DNA from: Nitrospinales bacterium
GTDB taxonomy: Bacteria > Nitrospinota > Nitrospinia > Nitrospinales > VA-1
Assembly: GCA_965223795.1 (NCBI GenBank)
Contig: CBDCXL010000002.1
Span: 1,600,001-1,664,000, forward strand
Direction of reading: 5' to 3'
Length of the DNA stretch: 64,000 bases
Positions 41,083-51,485 of this stretch are shown one piece after another (within the stretch, counting starts at the first letter, position 1; each line of letters opens with the position of its first letter). The translations under genes and the position numbers were made by a program. The notes under the pieces were generated by a model, which worked only from the letters and a program-made list of their open reading frames with translations, did no database searches and was not told where the DNA came from.

Positions 41083-42831
41083 ATGGACTTCGCCCGAAAG
41101 CTGCGCCCCGGTTCCATGAATTTCCTTTCGGACAGCCCTGAGCAGGATCCCACTTCCCGCCTCAAAACCGTCATGGTTTTCAGGATTGTGTTTCTGACGG
41201 CGTTTGTCGCGCTGATCCTGCCGCTGCAGATGCGCATGGAGTTTCACGCTTCCATCCGCCCGCTCACGCTCGTCATCAGTACGGGTTATCTCCTTTCCAT
41301 CATCTATGCCCTGTTTCTCAAAATTTGGCGGCCGGTTGCGGGAGCGGTCGTGCAAACCGTCGGCGATCTTCTGCTGGTGGGGGCGATCGTGTACACGACG
41401 GGAGGGACCCAGAGCCCGCTTTCATTTCTGTTTATTTTCGTCATTCTTGCGTCCAGCGTGCTTTTTTCCCGCGGCGGCTGCTATTTTGTGGCCTCAGGGG
41501 CGAGCATCGTCTACGGTCTGCTCATCGACCTGGAATATTACAATGTCATCCATCCGTATTACCTGTTCGACGAGCCGACCCGGTCGCTGGACGGCGGGTA
41601 CGTTTTTTACCTCATCTTTCTGAACATCGCGTCTTACTATTCGGTGGCGTTTCTGAGCAGCCTGCTCAACCAGCGGCTTCGTGTCATGGACCAGGAGTTG
41701 ACGCTCGCCAGCAAGGACCTGCAGGAGTTGCAGGCCTTTCACCGCAGCGTGGTCCGCGATATGGGAACGGGACTGATCACGACCGACAGCGCCGGCCGCA
41801 TCACGTCCGTCAATCACGCGGCGGAGGACATCACGGGATACTCTTATGAAGAATGTCTGGGGCTCTCGTTTGAAGGCCTGCTTAAAATAACGGAGCTGAA
41901 AAACCTGTTTCAGAATCCGCATCTGTTCTCGCTGCCGCTGCAGATCGAGGAGGAATGCCGGCGCAAGGATGGCAAAAAAATCATCATGCGCATGAAAGTC
42001 AGCCGGTTTTCCAATCTTGAGGAACGGGCAAAAGGTTACATCTGCGTGTTTGAAGATCTGACCCATTTTCATGAAATGCAGGAGAAGATGGCGCAGGCCG
42101 AGCGGCTGGCGGCGGTGGGGCGGTTTTCAGCGGGCCTGGCGCATGAGATCCGCAATCCTCTCGCTTCCCTCAGCGGATCGATACAGGTTCTCAGCAAAAG
42201 CATGCACCTGGAACAAAAGCACAAAACCCTGATGGACATCGTGCTCAAGGAAACCGACCGGCTGAACGGCATCCTGACGGACTTTCTCAACTATTCCAAT
42301 CCCAAGAAAAACCGCAAGACCCTGGTCGATTTGACGCAGTTGATTCAGGACGTGATCACGCTGATCAAGAACAGCGACCGCTTCGCAAGCGGGACACAGA
42401 TCCAGTTCAATGGAACTTCGGATCACCTGATCATGAGTGCGGACGAGCCGCAGATCAAACAGATGATCTGGAATCTTTGCATCAACGGACTGCAGGCGAT
42501 GCCCGACGGCGGGACGCTGAAAATTTCGCTGCAGAAAGTGGACTACATTCACAGCGTGAATTACAAATCGGACAAACGCGGTTTCCTGCTTACCGTGGAA
42601 GACCAGGGTTGCGGCATTCCACCGGACCAGCTCAAAAAAATATTCGATCCTTTTTTCACCACCAAGGAAAACGGAGTCGGTTTGGGCCTGCCCACGGTGT
42701 ACCAGATCGTGCAGCGATGCGGAGGAACCATCGAGGTTTCCAGCCGTCTGGAACTGGGAACCCGCTTTTCGGTGTATCTGCCCCGCGGCGTGGTCTCGAT
42801 GGAGCCAGAACCGGTGCCCGCGGGACATTGA
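41083..42831 (+). CDS. pilS: PilS-like sensor histidine kinase
   Basis: Multi-TM N-terminus (TGG..SP..F), PAS, AHEIRNPL, FFTTK..G.GLGL; follows pilC. Confidence 0.82.
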   Translation: MDFARKLRPGSMNFLSDSPEQDPTSRLKTVMVFRIVFLTAFVALILPLQMRMEFHASIRPLTLVISTGYLLSIIYALFLKIWRPVAGAVVQTVGDLLLVGAIVYTTGGTQSPLSFLFIFVILASSVLFSRGGCYFVASGASIVYGLLIDLEYYNVIHPYYLFDEPTRSLDGGYVFYLIFLNIASYYSVAFLSSLLNQRLRVMDQELTLASKDLQELQAFHRSVVRDMGTGLITTDSAGRITSVNHAAEDITGYSYEECLGLSFEGLLKITELKNLFQNPHLFSLPLQIEEECRRKDGKKIIMRMKVSRFSNLEERAKGYICVFEDLTHFHEMQEKMAQAERLAAVGRFSAGLAHEIRNPLASLSGSIQVLSKSMHLEQKHKTLMDIVLKETDRLNGILTDFLNYSNPKKNRKTLVDLTQLIQDVITLIKNSDRFASGTQIQFNGTSDHLIMSADEPQIKQMIWNLCINGLQAMPDGGTLKISLQKVDYIHSVNYKSDKRGFLLTVEDQGCGIPPDQLKKIFDPFFTTKENGVGLGLPTVYQIVQRCGGTIEVSSRLELGTRFSVYLPRGVVSMEPEPVPAGH

Positions 42832-42834
42832 GCG

Positions 42835-43758
42835 TTGTTTCCATTCTTTCTTTTCTCTTTTTGCAAACTTGCCCTGGTTTTTCGAAAACGACCCCTTCAA
42901 TTTTTTTGCCGAATTGCTCCCGTAATGCTGGGTTTGCTATCGGCCTGCGCTTCTCTTGAAGATACGAGCGCGTTCAGCGAGATGGTGCGGGTGCCGCAGG
43001 GGACCTTCAGCATGGGCTTTGCCATCGAGAACGACCGGGACTGGGGGGACACGGACGAGGAGCCGGTGCATGAAGTGTTTTTGAGCGAATACTGGATCGA
43101 CCGTTATGAAGTGACCGCTCTGGACTTTTCCCGATTTCTGAATCTGCATGCGCCATCGAGCGGACGTTTCATCGAGCTTGGAGACGCGGTGACGATCGAG
43201 CGATCGGAAGGCGTCTTTCGACCGCGTCCGGGGCTGGAACGCCATCCGGTGAACCGGGTGTCCTGGTACGGTGCACAGGCTTATTGCAAGTGGCGCGGCA
43301 AACGGCTTCCCACTGAGGCGGAATGGGAGAAGGCCGCGCGGGGAACGGATGCCAGAATTTTTCCCTGGGGCGACGCGTTTCCGGACAACACGCGCGTGAC
43401 GTTTCGCCGAAAATTTTCCGAGTCGGGCTTTGCCGTGATGGAACCGGTGGACGGCATGGAGGCGGGACGCTCGCCTTATGGTGTGCACCACATGGCGGGC
43501 AACGTCTGGGAATGGGTCGCCGACTGGTACGCGGACGATTATTACGAATGGTCCCCGAATCAGGATCCCAAAGGACCGGATACCGGCACCACCCGGGTGC
43601 TGCGCGGGGGCAACTGGTATTACAAAGCGTATTACATGCGCACCACCTACCGCTTCAATGAAAAACCGGAAACCTTCAAAGTGTGGCAGGGGTTTCGCTG
43701 CGCTTCCTCACACGCACCTCGATCCAAAAGCGGTGCGTCCCATCATTTTCAAGGTTGA
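42835..43758 (+). CDS. Formylglycine-generating enzyme (FGE-sulfatase) family lipoprotein
   Basis: RLPTEAEWEKAARG, MAGNVWEWVAD, VLRGG, GFRC; true start uncertain. Confidence 0.9.
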   Translation: MFPFFLFSFCKLALVFRKRPLQFFCRIAPVMLGLLSACASLEDTSAFSEMVRVPQGTFSMGFAIENDRDWGDTDEEPVHEVFLSEYWIDRYEVTALDFSRFLNLHAPSSGRFIELGDAVTIERSEGVFRPRPGLERHPVNRVSWYGAQAYCKWRGKRLPTEAEWEKAARGTDARIFPWGDAFPDNTRVTFRRKFSESGFAVMEPVDGMEAGRSPYGVHHMAGNVWEWVADWYADDYYEWSPNQDPKGPDTGTTRVLRGGNWYYKAYYMRTTYRFNEKPETFKVWQGFRCASSHAPRSKSGASHHFQG

Positions 43759-43808
43759 ACCGGAATAGAGTGCCGTCGTAGTCACACACTCTGCTTGCGG
43801 TTTGAGTC

Positions 43809-44726
43809 CTACCTTTTCCGGTTGAGCGCTTTTTTCAGCGTCCACGCCACGTTCACCTTGCGTTTGCAGAACCGGAACAGCGCCTCGTTCAGCGCCATGA
43901 GCTGACAGTGTTCGGTCAGAATCCCCGCCTCGCTGCAATTGATGATGTTGAGCGGCGCGCTGCGTTTCCAGGTGCGGAACGCCCAGTGAAACCATTTTTT
44001 TGAAACCGCCATGGATTTCAACGTGGGTAACGAGCGGCCGTTGAGGTCGGTTTCCCGCACGATGTTTTCCGGTTGCTGCGTGAACGTGGTTTCCAGGCGC
44101 GCAGCGCTGTTTTCGCTTTGCCGGCTGTGCGTTTTCGGCTGCGGGTAGGACAGATCCTGACCGACGAACAGAATCGGATCGCCTCCGGATTGAAACGCCA
44201 GATCGTAGGCGACCGAGAGAACGCTGCCTCCCGGTGTCAGACAGCCCAGATGCGGCACCCGATTCTGGATCTGGGTGAGAAGGGGGATGTCGGGAGCGAA
44301 TTTATGGTAAAAAACGACGCCGCCCTGCCAAAGGTCGAGCACCTGCGGGTGGATGATGGAAGGCACGATGAGGGTGATGCCGCGATGCGGACAGTTTTTA
44401 AAAAATTTCGTGATCTCGATCTGCGGGTCGAGGCTGGCTGTAAAGTCGGGGACGATTGCATGCGCGAGCAGCGGTTTCAAAGCCGCGTCGCTCGCGATGA
44501 GGACGGCTTTGCCGCGCGCCCGTTCCAGCAGGCGGATGTTTTTGTCGAGCGAAGGGCCGGCGCCGATGACGATCCAGGGCACGTTCTCAAACCGGTTCTT
44601 CAGGGAAGCGACGCCGGGATTGTTCTGGACGGAGGGAAGATTGATCTCAAAATTGTTTTTCCAGAGCCGGTTGAATCTCTGCAGCGTTGCGTTTTTGACC
44701 TCCTGAATTTGCGCGTCCGGATTCAT
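43809..44726 (-). CDS. Motility-associated factor Maf (DUF115/MptE-like) glycosyltransferase
   Basis: IVIGAGPSLDKN, GGSV, ILFVGQDLSY, INCSEAG; next to flagellar genes. Confidence 0.82.
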   Translation of the reverse strand: MNPDAQIQEVKNATLQRFNRLWKNNFEINLPSVQNNPGVASLKNRFENVPWIVIGAGPSLDKNIRLLERARGKAVLIASDAALKPLLAHAIVPDFTASLDPQIEITKFFKNCPHRGITLIVPSIIHPQVLDLWQGGVVFYHKFAPDIPLLTQIQNRVPHLGCLTPGGSVLSVAYDLAFQSGGDPILFVGQDLSYPQPKTHSRQSENSAARLETTFTQQPENIVRETDLNGRSLPTLKSMAVSKKWFHWAFRTWKRSAPLNIINCSEAGILTEHCQLMALNEALFRFCKRKVNVAWTLKKALNRKR

Positions 44727-44771
44727 GGCGACAGGGTAGCAAAGGCAAACACAGGGGGCCAATGACAAAAT

Positions 44772-44800
44772 AAAAAAAGACCCGGGCGGTTGCCCGGGTC
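44772..44800 (-). terminator. Rho-independent terminator after flgE
   Basis: GACCCGGGC-loop-GCCCGGGTC followed by T-run on minus strand. Confidence 0.85.
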
Positions 44801-44830
44801 CGGCAGGATGAAGTCCTTAAGCTGCGAACG

Positions 44831-46072
44831 TTATCGGACGAGATTCACGGTTTCAGTCAAGAGGTCGTCGGTGGTGGTGATGACGCGGGCGCTTGCCTGA
44901 AACGCCTGCTGGGTCTGGATCATGGTGACGAATTCATTCGCCAGATCCACGTTGGAAAGCTCGAGCGAGCTTCCCAGGACGGAGCCGAACCCTCCGGTTT
45001 CGGCGGTGCCGATGTTGGGCTGTCCGGAGTCACCGGATTCCGCGAACAAGTTCTGGCCGCGGCGCGTCAAGCCGACGGGCGCCAGAAAATCCGCGAGCGC
45101 CACTTGAAACAAATCATCGGACTGACCGTTGTTGAACAGTCCGGCAATGACTCCCTTGGAATCGACGGAAAGACCGATCAGGGTTCCGGTCGGGAATCCG
45201 TCCTGCACCAGGGAGTTGTTGTTGGAGGCGGCGGCGAACCCGGTGAGCTTGCCGTTGGTGGTGCCGCTCGAATCGACCAGATCCCAGTTGAGTGTCTGGG
45301 TGGCCGCGGGCGGCGTCGAACCGGAATGATCGATGACGATGGAGAGGTCCGCCGGGGAACCGCCGTTGACGGCGGAGATCTGGCCGGAGGTGTCGAAGGT
45401 GACGCTGCCGGACGCTCCGGAGGTCACGCTCCCCTGTGAGGGACTGGCCACGAAGTTCCAGGTGTTCGCGGAGGTCGACGTTTTGGTGAACGTGAGGCTC
45501 AGGATGACCTGGGATCCCACGGAATTGAAGATGGATACGGGAGAGGTGAACGTGGTGCTGCCGGAGGAGGCTCCGTTGAGATTAGCGCCGAGGGTGAACG
45601 ACGTGGTCGCCTGAGGCGAGGACTGCACGCCCGCGAGATCGACGTCGGTCAAGGTGGAAGAGGTCACGTTGTTGGTGATGCGGAACCCCTGCAGGACGTC
45701 CTGGGTGACGTTCTGCACAACGCCGTTCTCGTTGAGCCTGAACTGCCCGGCGCGGGTGTAGAAATTGCCGGTGCCGTTGTTGACGATGAAGAATCCCGAT
45801 CCATCGAGAGCGAGATCGAGCGCGTTGGAGGAAGATTCGAACGCGCCCTGACCGAAGGACTGCAGCACGCCCTGCAGCTGCGACCCGCGGCCCACCTGGC
45901 TGGTCACTTCGCCGTTGGTCAGCAGGGTGCTGAACACATCGCTGAACACCGCCTTGCTGCCCTTATACCCCACCGTGTTGACGTTGGCGATGTTGTCGCC
46001 GATGATGTTCATGGCCTGGGAGTTGCTGGTCAGGCCGGAGACGCCGGTAAACAGGGAACTGATCAAAGACAT
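44831..46072 (-). CDS. flgE: Flagellar hook protein FlgE
   Basis: IGDNIANVNTVGYK, YTRAGQF, LELSNVDLANEF. Confidence 0.97.
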   Translation of the reverse strand: MSLISSLFTGVSGLTSNSQAMNIIGDNIANVNTVGYKGSKAVFSDVFSTLLTNGEVTSQVGRGSQLQGVLQSFGQGAFESSSNALDLALDGSGFFIVNNGTGNFYTRAGQFRLNENGVVQNVTQDVLQGFRITNNVTSSTLTDVDLAGVQSSPQATTSFTLGANLNGASSGSTTFTSPVSIFNSVGSQVILSLTFTKTSTSANTWNFVASPSQGSVTSGASGSVTFDTSGQISAVNGGSPADLSIVIDHSGSTPPAATQTLNWDLVDSSGTTNGKLTGFAAASNNNSLVQDGFPTGTLIGLSVDSKGVIAGLFNNGQSDDLFQVALADFLAPVGLTRRGQNLFAESGDSGQPNIGTAETGGFGSVLGSSLELSNVDLANEFVTMIQTQQAFQASARVITTTDDLLTETVNLVR

Positions 46073-46094
46073 GAATCTCTCCTTTTTTGCGGAA

Positions 46095-46754
46095 TCAAAT
46101 GCCGACGCGTGAGATTGCGCTCACGGGATATTTCTGTCCATCCACCACGGCGAAGGCTTCGGCGCCTTCAAACAACACTTCCGTGACCTTGCCCTGGACG
46201 AAGGTCTTCGCGTTCACGGCGTTGCCTTGACTGTTTTCGGCACTGACGGAAAATCGATACGCTCCCGATTTGACCGGCAGTCCTTCGCTGTCGAGACCGT
46301 TCCACGCAAACCGGTTCGGACCCGCGGACTGCGAGGCCAACGAAAGCGTGGTCACGTTTTTGCCGGTTGCGTCGAAGATGTCGATGTTTATCTGTGTGGC
46401 GTCCGCATCCAGGGTGTAATTGAGTGTGCGGGATTCACCGGATTGATGCTGAAAGGTGTTGCCGGGGGAATCGATCTGTTTGCCGATGAGGTTGAGCGAA
46501 GCGGAATTGTTCAAAGCCGATTCAAACTTCTTGATCTCTTCCAGGTTGGAATTGACGTTGGTGATCTGCTCCAGCGTGCTGAACTGCGCCAGTTGTGCGC
46601 TGAAATCCTGGGCATCCATCGGACTCAGAGGATCCTGGGCTTCGAGCTGGGCGACCAGAAGCTGCAGAAATTCGTTTTTTCCGAGCTCGCGGCTGCCGAC
46701 GGCCTGTGCCGATGTCGCTTTGGGATCGGAAGCGGGTGTGACGCCTTCAATCAT
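46095..46754 (-). CDS. flgD: Flagellar hook cap FlgD
   Basis: FLQLLVAQLEAQDPLSPMD, AQLAQFSTLEQ, WNGLD. Confidence 0.96.
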   Translation of the reverse strand: MIEGVTPASDPKATSAQAVGSRELGKNEFLQLLVAQLEAQDPLSPMDAQDFSAQLAQFSTLEQITNVNSNLEEIKKFESALNNSASLNLIGKQIDSPGNTFQHQSGESRTLNYTLDADATQINIDIFDATGKNVTTLSLASQSAGPNRFAWNGLDSEGLPVKSGAYRFSVSAENSQGNAVNAKTFVQGKVTEVLFEGAEAFAVVDGQKYPVSAISRVGI

Positions 46755-46799
46755 TTTTTATCTCCAAAGGATTGCGGACATTCTGAATTGAGCGAGGAA

Positions 46800-48341
46800 T
46801 CATGCCATCACGCTGATGGAGGCGGACGCATCGTAGTGGATTCTTTCCCGTGCCGATGGAAAGCCGGCAAAGTCCGGCTCCTGGGAAAGACCGTCTTCGG
46901 GTGCGTATGCCGGGATGGAGGCGAACGCCTGCTCGTGCGGGGTGTTCTGCCGGGAACCGGACCCGGATTCTCCACCCACGAGAACCGTGAAGCTTTCGAC
47001 TTTCAAGCCGTTGCCATTGAGGGAATCGCGCAGCTGCGCCAGGTTGCTCTCGATGATTTGCTTGACGGTGTTGTTGTCCGTCATGATGACCGTCTTGACC
47101 GCATCGCCGGAAGTGGACACGTTCATGCGGACCGTTCCGAGAGAGGGCGGTTCCAGCCTCACCTTGATCTCGTTCTGGTTGCCGTGGCTGCGCAGGGAGA
47201 TTTTATGCAGTATTTGTTGAATGACTTTGGCGTCCTCTGTTCCTCTTGCATTGTAGGTCTGCGAGGTGAGGGCTTTCTGGGATTCCAGAATCTTCGTCGA
47301 GGAGGTGTTTCCGTTCTGAACCTGCGTCACTTGAACATCCGGCTGATCCGATAGGGTCTGTGCGCCTTTCACCGCGTTGGAGCTGGCTTTGAAGGCGGAG
47401 GACGCCTGTGATGCGAGAAGACTAGGATCGATTTGATTTTCAGACGGCTTGCCGATGCCTGCTGCGGGTTTCAGCACGGGTGATTTTTCATTCAATGTGG
47501 ACGCACCCTCCGCGGATGGGTTGAGGAGCTTTTCAAGAGAAAGCTTCTGGTCCAGTTTTTGTTCGGCTTCGGTCTTGGCGTTCAACTGCGTTTCGCGGTT
47601 CAACTGGCTTGCGTCTTTATGAACGGGAGCGGATGGAACTTTAGCCAGCAGTTCTTTCGCCTGCTTTTGCGTCAGCCCCGCCTGAAGCAGAATGTCCTCG
47701 CTCAATGTTTCGGGACTGGATTGAGATAGGGCGACGGGGTTCTCTGCCGGTTGCGTCTTGGGCAACGTGCGTGCGTCCAATGCTGGAGAGGTCAATGCCG
47801 CCTGCTGGTTCAGCGTCTGCTCGAGAGACTTGAGGAAGGCGGTGAGATCCATGTTGCCGCCCGGACTGGAAGTTTGTGCGAGGGACTGTAAAAATGTTTT
47901 GAGGTCCGCGGTCCCGCGCAGATTCAGTAGATTGAGCAATTCGTCGATATTGTTCTGCGGCACGCCCAAGGCTTTCAGCTGATCGGTGATGGCTTCCCGG
48001 TTGTTTGTGGTTTGAGCGGGAATACGGTCCACGGTTTCGGCGGTTTCGGTCTGCTTGGTTTGCACGGGGGCTGCGGGCGGCGCTGCTTCCTTCGGACTTT
48101 CGTGTTCCTGCACCGGCCGGTTGTCCGTGCGCGTATCCTGTGTGCTTTTGGGGGCGGGATTGGACTGCGCTCTTTCTTCCGCCCGGGAAGTGGATTTTTC
48201 CCGTTCTGAGGATGCGTGTTTCACCGCGTCTTCCATGTGGCTGCGAAATGAATCGTCGCCGGCCGAAGAGGGTTTGGGTGGAGCTACTTCGACGGGCGCT
48301 TTGGCGGGAAGTACGGAGAGTATGTTGGCTTGTGGGACCAT
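46800..48341 (-). CDS. fliK: Flagellar hook-length control protein FliK
   Basis: Low-complexity N-terminus; C-terminal RLEPPSLGTV...LAQLRDSL; fliK-flgD-flgE order. Confidence 0.9.
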   Translation of the reverse strand: MVPQANILSVLPAKAPVEVAPPKPSSAGDDSFRSHMEDAVKHASSEREKSTSRAEERAQSNPAPKSTQDTRTDNRPVQEHESPKEAAPPAAPVQTKQTETAETVDRIPAQTTNNREAITDQLKALGVPQNNIDELLNLLNLRGTADLKTFLQSLAQTSSPGGNMDLTAFLKSLEQTLNQQAALTSPALDARTLPKTQPAENPVALSQSSPETLSEDILLQAGLTQKQAKELLAKVPSAPVHKDASQLNRETQLNAKTEAEQKLDQKLSLEKLLNPSAEGASTLNEKSPVLKPAAGIGKPSENQIDPSLLASQASSAFKASSNAVKGAQTLSDQPDVQVTQVQNGNTSSTKILESQKALTSQTYNARGTEDAKVIQQILHKISLRSHGNQNEIKVRLEPPSLGTVRMNVSTSGDAVKTVIMTDNNTVKQIIESNLAQLRDSLNGNGLKVESFTVLVGGESGSGSRQNTPHEQAFASIPAYAPEDGLSQEPDFAGFPSARERIHYDASASISVMA

Positions 48342-48392
48342 GTTCTCTGCCACGAGTGTCAAGTGCGCGAACGATTTCGCTGTTTTCAAATG

Positions 48393-48409
48393 AGCAAAAG
48401 TGATGCCAA
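48393..48409 (-). promoter_or_regulatory. Sigma54 (-24/-12) promoter of fliK-flgD-flgE
   Basis: TTGGCATCACTTTTGCT: GG-N10-GC consensus. Confidence 0.85.
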
Positions 48410-48721
48410 AAATAAGATCTAGGGGGCTGCTCTTTTAAAATCATAGAGTTGGCCTGGAATGGATGGGTGTGTCTGCCATGCGCAAACCGGGCAAGAACTT
48501 CCCGGTGGGGTAAAAAGTCACTGGTTTTTCAGAGCTTTTCGCAAGTGTCCTTGCGGTCGACCGGTGTGTCCTTTCCCGTGACGATTCTTTGATGCAAGCG
48601 TGGCGCGAAATGCGGGTATGCGCGTTGTGTCCGGCGCTGGATATTGCGAGTCTTTCAAAGACGGGCTGCGGATAAAAGGTTGACTGGTTCGTTAACGCTT
48701 GAATTTGTTATAATCTCCTTC

Positions 48722-49484
48722 ATGAGATTTATTTGTTTCGTTTCATGCCTTGCCGCGTTATTTTCGATCTCGCTTTCCCCGAACACCTGGGCGCAGCCTT
48801 TCGACCCGCAGTTGTTTCAGCCTTCCACGCTGGTCAGTGTGGAAATTTCGAAAAAGAAGCTCAAAGGGATCTATCACGAAGGCGGTCATACCAAGACGCT
48901 GCACTGTGGTTGCTATTTCGACTCGATCCAGCAGGTGCATCCCAACAGCTGCGAGCAGGCGGACCGGGAAGTGCGGCGAAAACGCGGCTCGGAAGTGCTG
49001 GACTGGTTTCATGTGATGTCCGCGGAAGAATTCGGCGGGACGTTGAAATGCTGGCAGCAGGATGTGTGCGGCCGCGCGGGGGAGACCGCCTACAAAGGCG
49101 CGCGGTGCTGCGGGGAGATTTCGCCCAAATTCAAAACGCGGGAAGCGGACATGCACAACCTGTTTCCCACCCTCGCCCGGCTCGGGGATGCGGGTCTGAG
49201 GCTCTACCGGGCAGGGACACTCCGAATACGATTATTGTGAAAACAAAAAACCCGCGCCGTGGTCCGGCGTTCGCGGTGATCTGGCGCGGGCGTATCTGTA
49301 TATGTCCTACCAGTACAAGTTGTCCCTGGACGCGGACCTGGAAGACCGGCTGCGTCACTGGCACCTGATGGACCCTCCCGATGCCTGGGAAGAAAAAAGA
49401 AACTCGATGATCGAAGTGGTGCAGGGAAACCGCAATCCCTTCATCGACCATCCCGAGCTTGTGGAGCGTGTGCGTGATTTTTAA
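48722..49484 (+). pseudogene. Endonuclease I (EndA/Vvn family), frameshifted
   Basis: Frame 1: CGC...WFHV...CW...EADMHNLFP; frame 2: RGDLARAYLYM...DPPDAWEEKRN...QGNRNPF; shift near 49170-49240. Confidence 0.78.
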
Positions 49485-49496
49485 AGCGGGGGTGGA

Positions 49497-49913
49497 TCAG
49501 AGCTGTGTGTTTTCGTCGATGACCGCGCATTCGATCTGACCGGGGGCGAGCCCGGTGACGCCCCGCAGATCCGCTCCCTGAAGATAGGTGCCGGAGAGTT
49601 TCACGTCTTCCAGATGCGCTCCTTTCAGATCGGCCCAGGAAAGATCGGTTTCTTCCAGATTGGCTTTTTGCAGGTCGGCGGCGGTCAGACGCGCGTCCTG
49701 CAGGTTGGCGCCGCGAAGATCCGTCTGTTTCAGGTTTGCGGCGTTGAGGTTCGCTCCCTGCAGGTTGGCTTCCACAAGAACGGCGCCCTGTAGATTCGCG
49801 GAATCGAGATCCGCTCCGTTGAGTTCAGCTTTTTTTCCGTCATGCCCCTTGGAGTCATACCAGATTTCGTGATGAATCAGGATCTGCTGCAGATTCTGTT
49901 CGGGCGCTTGCAT
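49497..49913 (-). CDS. Pentapeptide repeat protein
   Basis: A(N/D)Lxx repeats. Confidence 0.9.
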   Translation of the reverse strand: MQAPEQNLQQILIHHEIWYDSKGHDGKKAELNGADLDSANLQGAVLVEANLQGANLNAANLKQTDLRGANLQDARLTAADLQKANLEETDLSWADLKGAHLEDVKLSGTYLQGADLRGVTGLAPGQIECAVIDENTQL

Positions 49914-49917
49914 GGGG

Positions 49918-50514
49918 TCAGCTCTTTTTGCTGCATTTGAAGGACGTCTCGGATTCCCATGTGATGGAAAGGTAGTCCGGAAGCTTGGTGTTCTTGTCGA
50001 TGAAGGCGGACTGCAGCTGCCCGCAATCGAGATTGAGCGCCTGGCTCAGGTCCGCGTCCAGAAGATCCGCCGCCCTCAGGATGGCTTCTCTGAGATCGGC
50101 ATTGGCGAAATTGGTCTCGATGAGGTTGGCCCGTCCCAGGTCGGCCTTCTCCAGCTTGGCTCCCCTGAGATCGGCTTTTTCCAGCGTGGTTCCCCGCAGA
50201 TTCGCAGACTGCAGGCGGGCATGCGGCATCTTTGCACCGCGCAGATCCGCCCCGTTCAGGTTTGCGTGTTTCAGGTTCGCTTTCGCCAGGATGGCGGATT
50301 TCAGATTGGCGTTCTGCAGATTGGCGCCGCTCAGGTCTGCGCTATTGAGATCGGCGCGCTGCATGTCCGTTCCCTGAAGGTTCGCGCGCCGCAACGAGGC
50401 GCCGCTCAACGAGGCGCCGATCAAATCCATTTTTCTCAGGTCCGCACCGCGGTGGGATTTTTTGTACAATTCCACGTTGCGCCGGTTGTGCTTCCATTTG
50501 TCCTTCATCCTCAC
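49918..50514 (-). CDS. Pentapeptide repeat protein
   Basis: A(N/D)Lxx repeats. Confidence 0.9.
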   Translation of the reverse strand: MRMKDKWKHNRRNVELYKKSHRGADLRKMDLIGASLSGASLRRANLQGTDMQRADLNSADLSGANLQNANLKSAILAKANLKHANLNGADLRGAKMPHARLQSANLRGTTLEKADLRGAKLEKADLGRANLIETNFANADLREAILRAADLLDADLSQALNLDCGQLQSAFIDKNTKLPDYLSITWESETSFKCSKKS

Positions 50515-50730
50515 TCCCGAAAATGTTGCTGGCCGTCGTTCTTTCCGTGCTTATTTTAGGCGGGGTGCACGCAAATGAAAATAAAAAAGGGAACCGGAAG
50601 AAACTTCCCTTCCGACTCCCTTTTTCCTTTGCAGCCGAGATCAACAAATCAGAAACGTTCCTGTTGAAACCGTCTTGTCCTGTCCTTGACAACAAACGTT
50701 CCGGCTGAAATGAAAGCTAAAAACTATTTT

Positions 50731-51201
50731 CTAATGCCGGTGGCCGAACCGGCCCCGGATATGATGCCCTCTGTGGTGTCCGAAATTCCGATGATGCCCA
50801 AAGCCCCTGCGGAAATGATGGTGCCTGCGGTGATGGCCGAAGTTCCGGTGCAGGTGCGGACGATGATGATGTCGATGGTGATGATGGATTCCGTGGCGAT
50901 GCTTGTGACCGCCGTAGAAGCCGCCGTAGTATCCCCCGTAATGGGGCCGTCTGTGCAAACCGAAATAGTAATAGCCGTAAGGCCGATGACTTCTGAAATG
51001 ACGCTTGAATCCGTATCGGCCCCGGTAATGCACGGGCTGAACGACGTTACCATAGTGAGCGCCGGGTCCTGCAATGACGAATTCGACGGAGCTGTTGGGC
51101 GAGCTCACGACGATGCCGGTTTCCACTGTGTGTGCTTCCGCTTGAGCGCTCATCAAATAGACGGCAAAACCGGCTGTTAGGAAAAAGGCTGACTTTTTCA
51201 T
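50731..51201 (-). CDS. Secreted His/Arg/Gly-rich protein
   Basis: Signal peptide (AQAEA), repeats of FGHHR; RBS GAGGAGG. Confidence 0.8.
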   Translation of the reverse strand: MKKSAFFLTAGFAVYLMSAQAEAHTVETGIVVSSPNSSVEFVIAGPGAHYGNVVQPVHYRGRYGFKRHFRSHRPYGYYYFGLHRRPHYGGYYGGFYGGHKHRHGIHHHHRHHHRPHLHRNFGHHRRHHHFRRGFGHHRNFGHHRGHHIRGRFGHRH

Positions 51202-51271
51202 GTGAGGTCCTCCTCATGGGACAGAAGATTTCTGGCCTAAACGATTGCAAAACCCCCCAGTGGATTTTATA

Positions 51272-51300
51272 ATTATATATAGATATAATTTTGATGTCAA
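51272..51300 (-). promoter_or_regulatory. Perfect-consensus sigma70 promoter
   Basis: TTGACA-17 bp-TATAAT. Confidence 0.8.
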
Positions 51301-51485
51301 TATTGATTTAAGTTTTTTTTGTAATTATACTAATGAGGGTGATTCTCAGTAAATGTTTTAAAATAATTGAGTTATCCTGGTCACAAGGCCTATCGGCAGT
51401 GAACCCACACCCATGAGCGACAGACCGGATGTTGTTATCCTACTGTGAACCCGATCGGTTTTGTTTGCTTTTTTAGAGTTTTCTC

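Noticed and set aside
49497..50514. Repetitive DNA in pentapeptide genes (also 30847-31344)
   Set aside because: Fully explained by A(D/N)Lxx protein repeats of a well-known family
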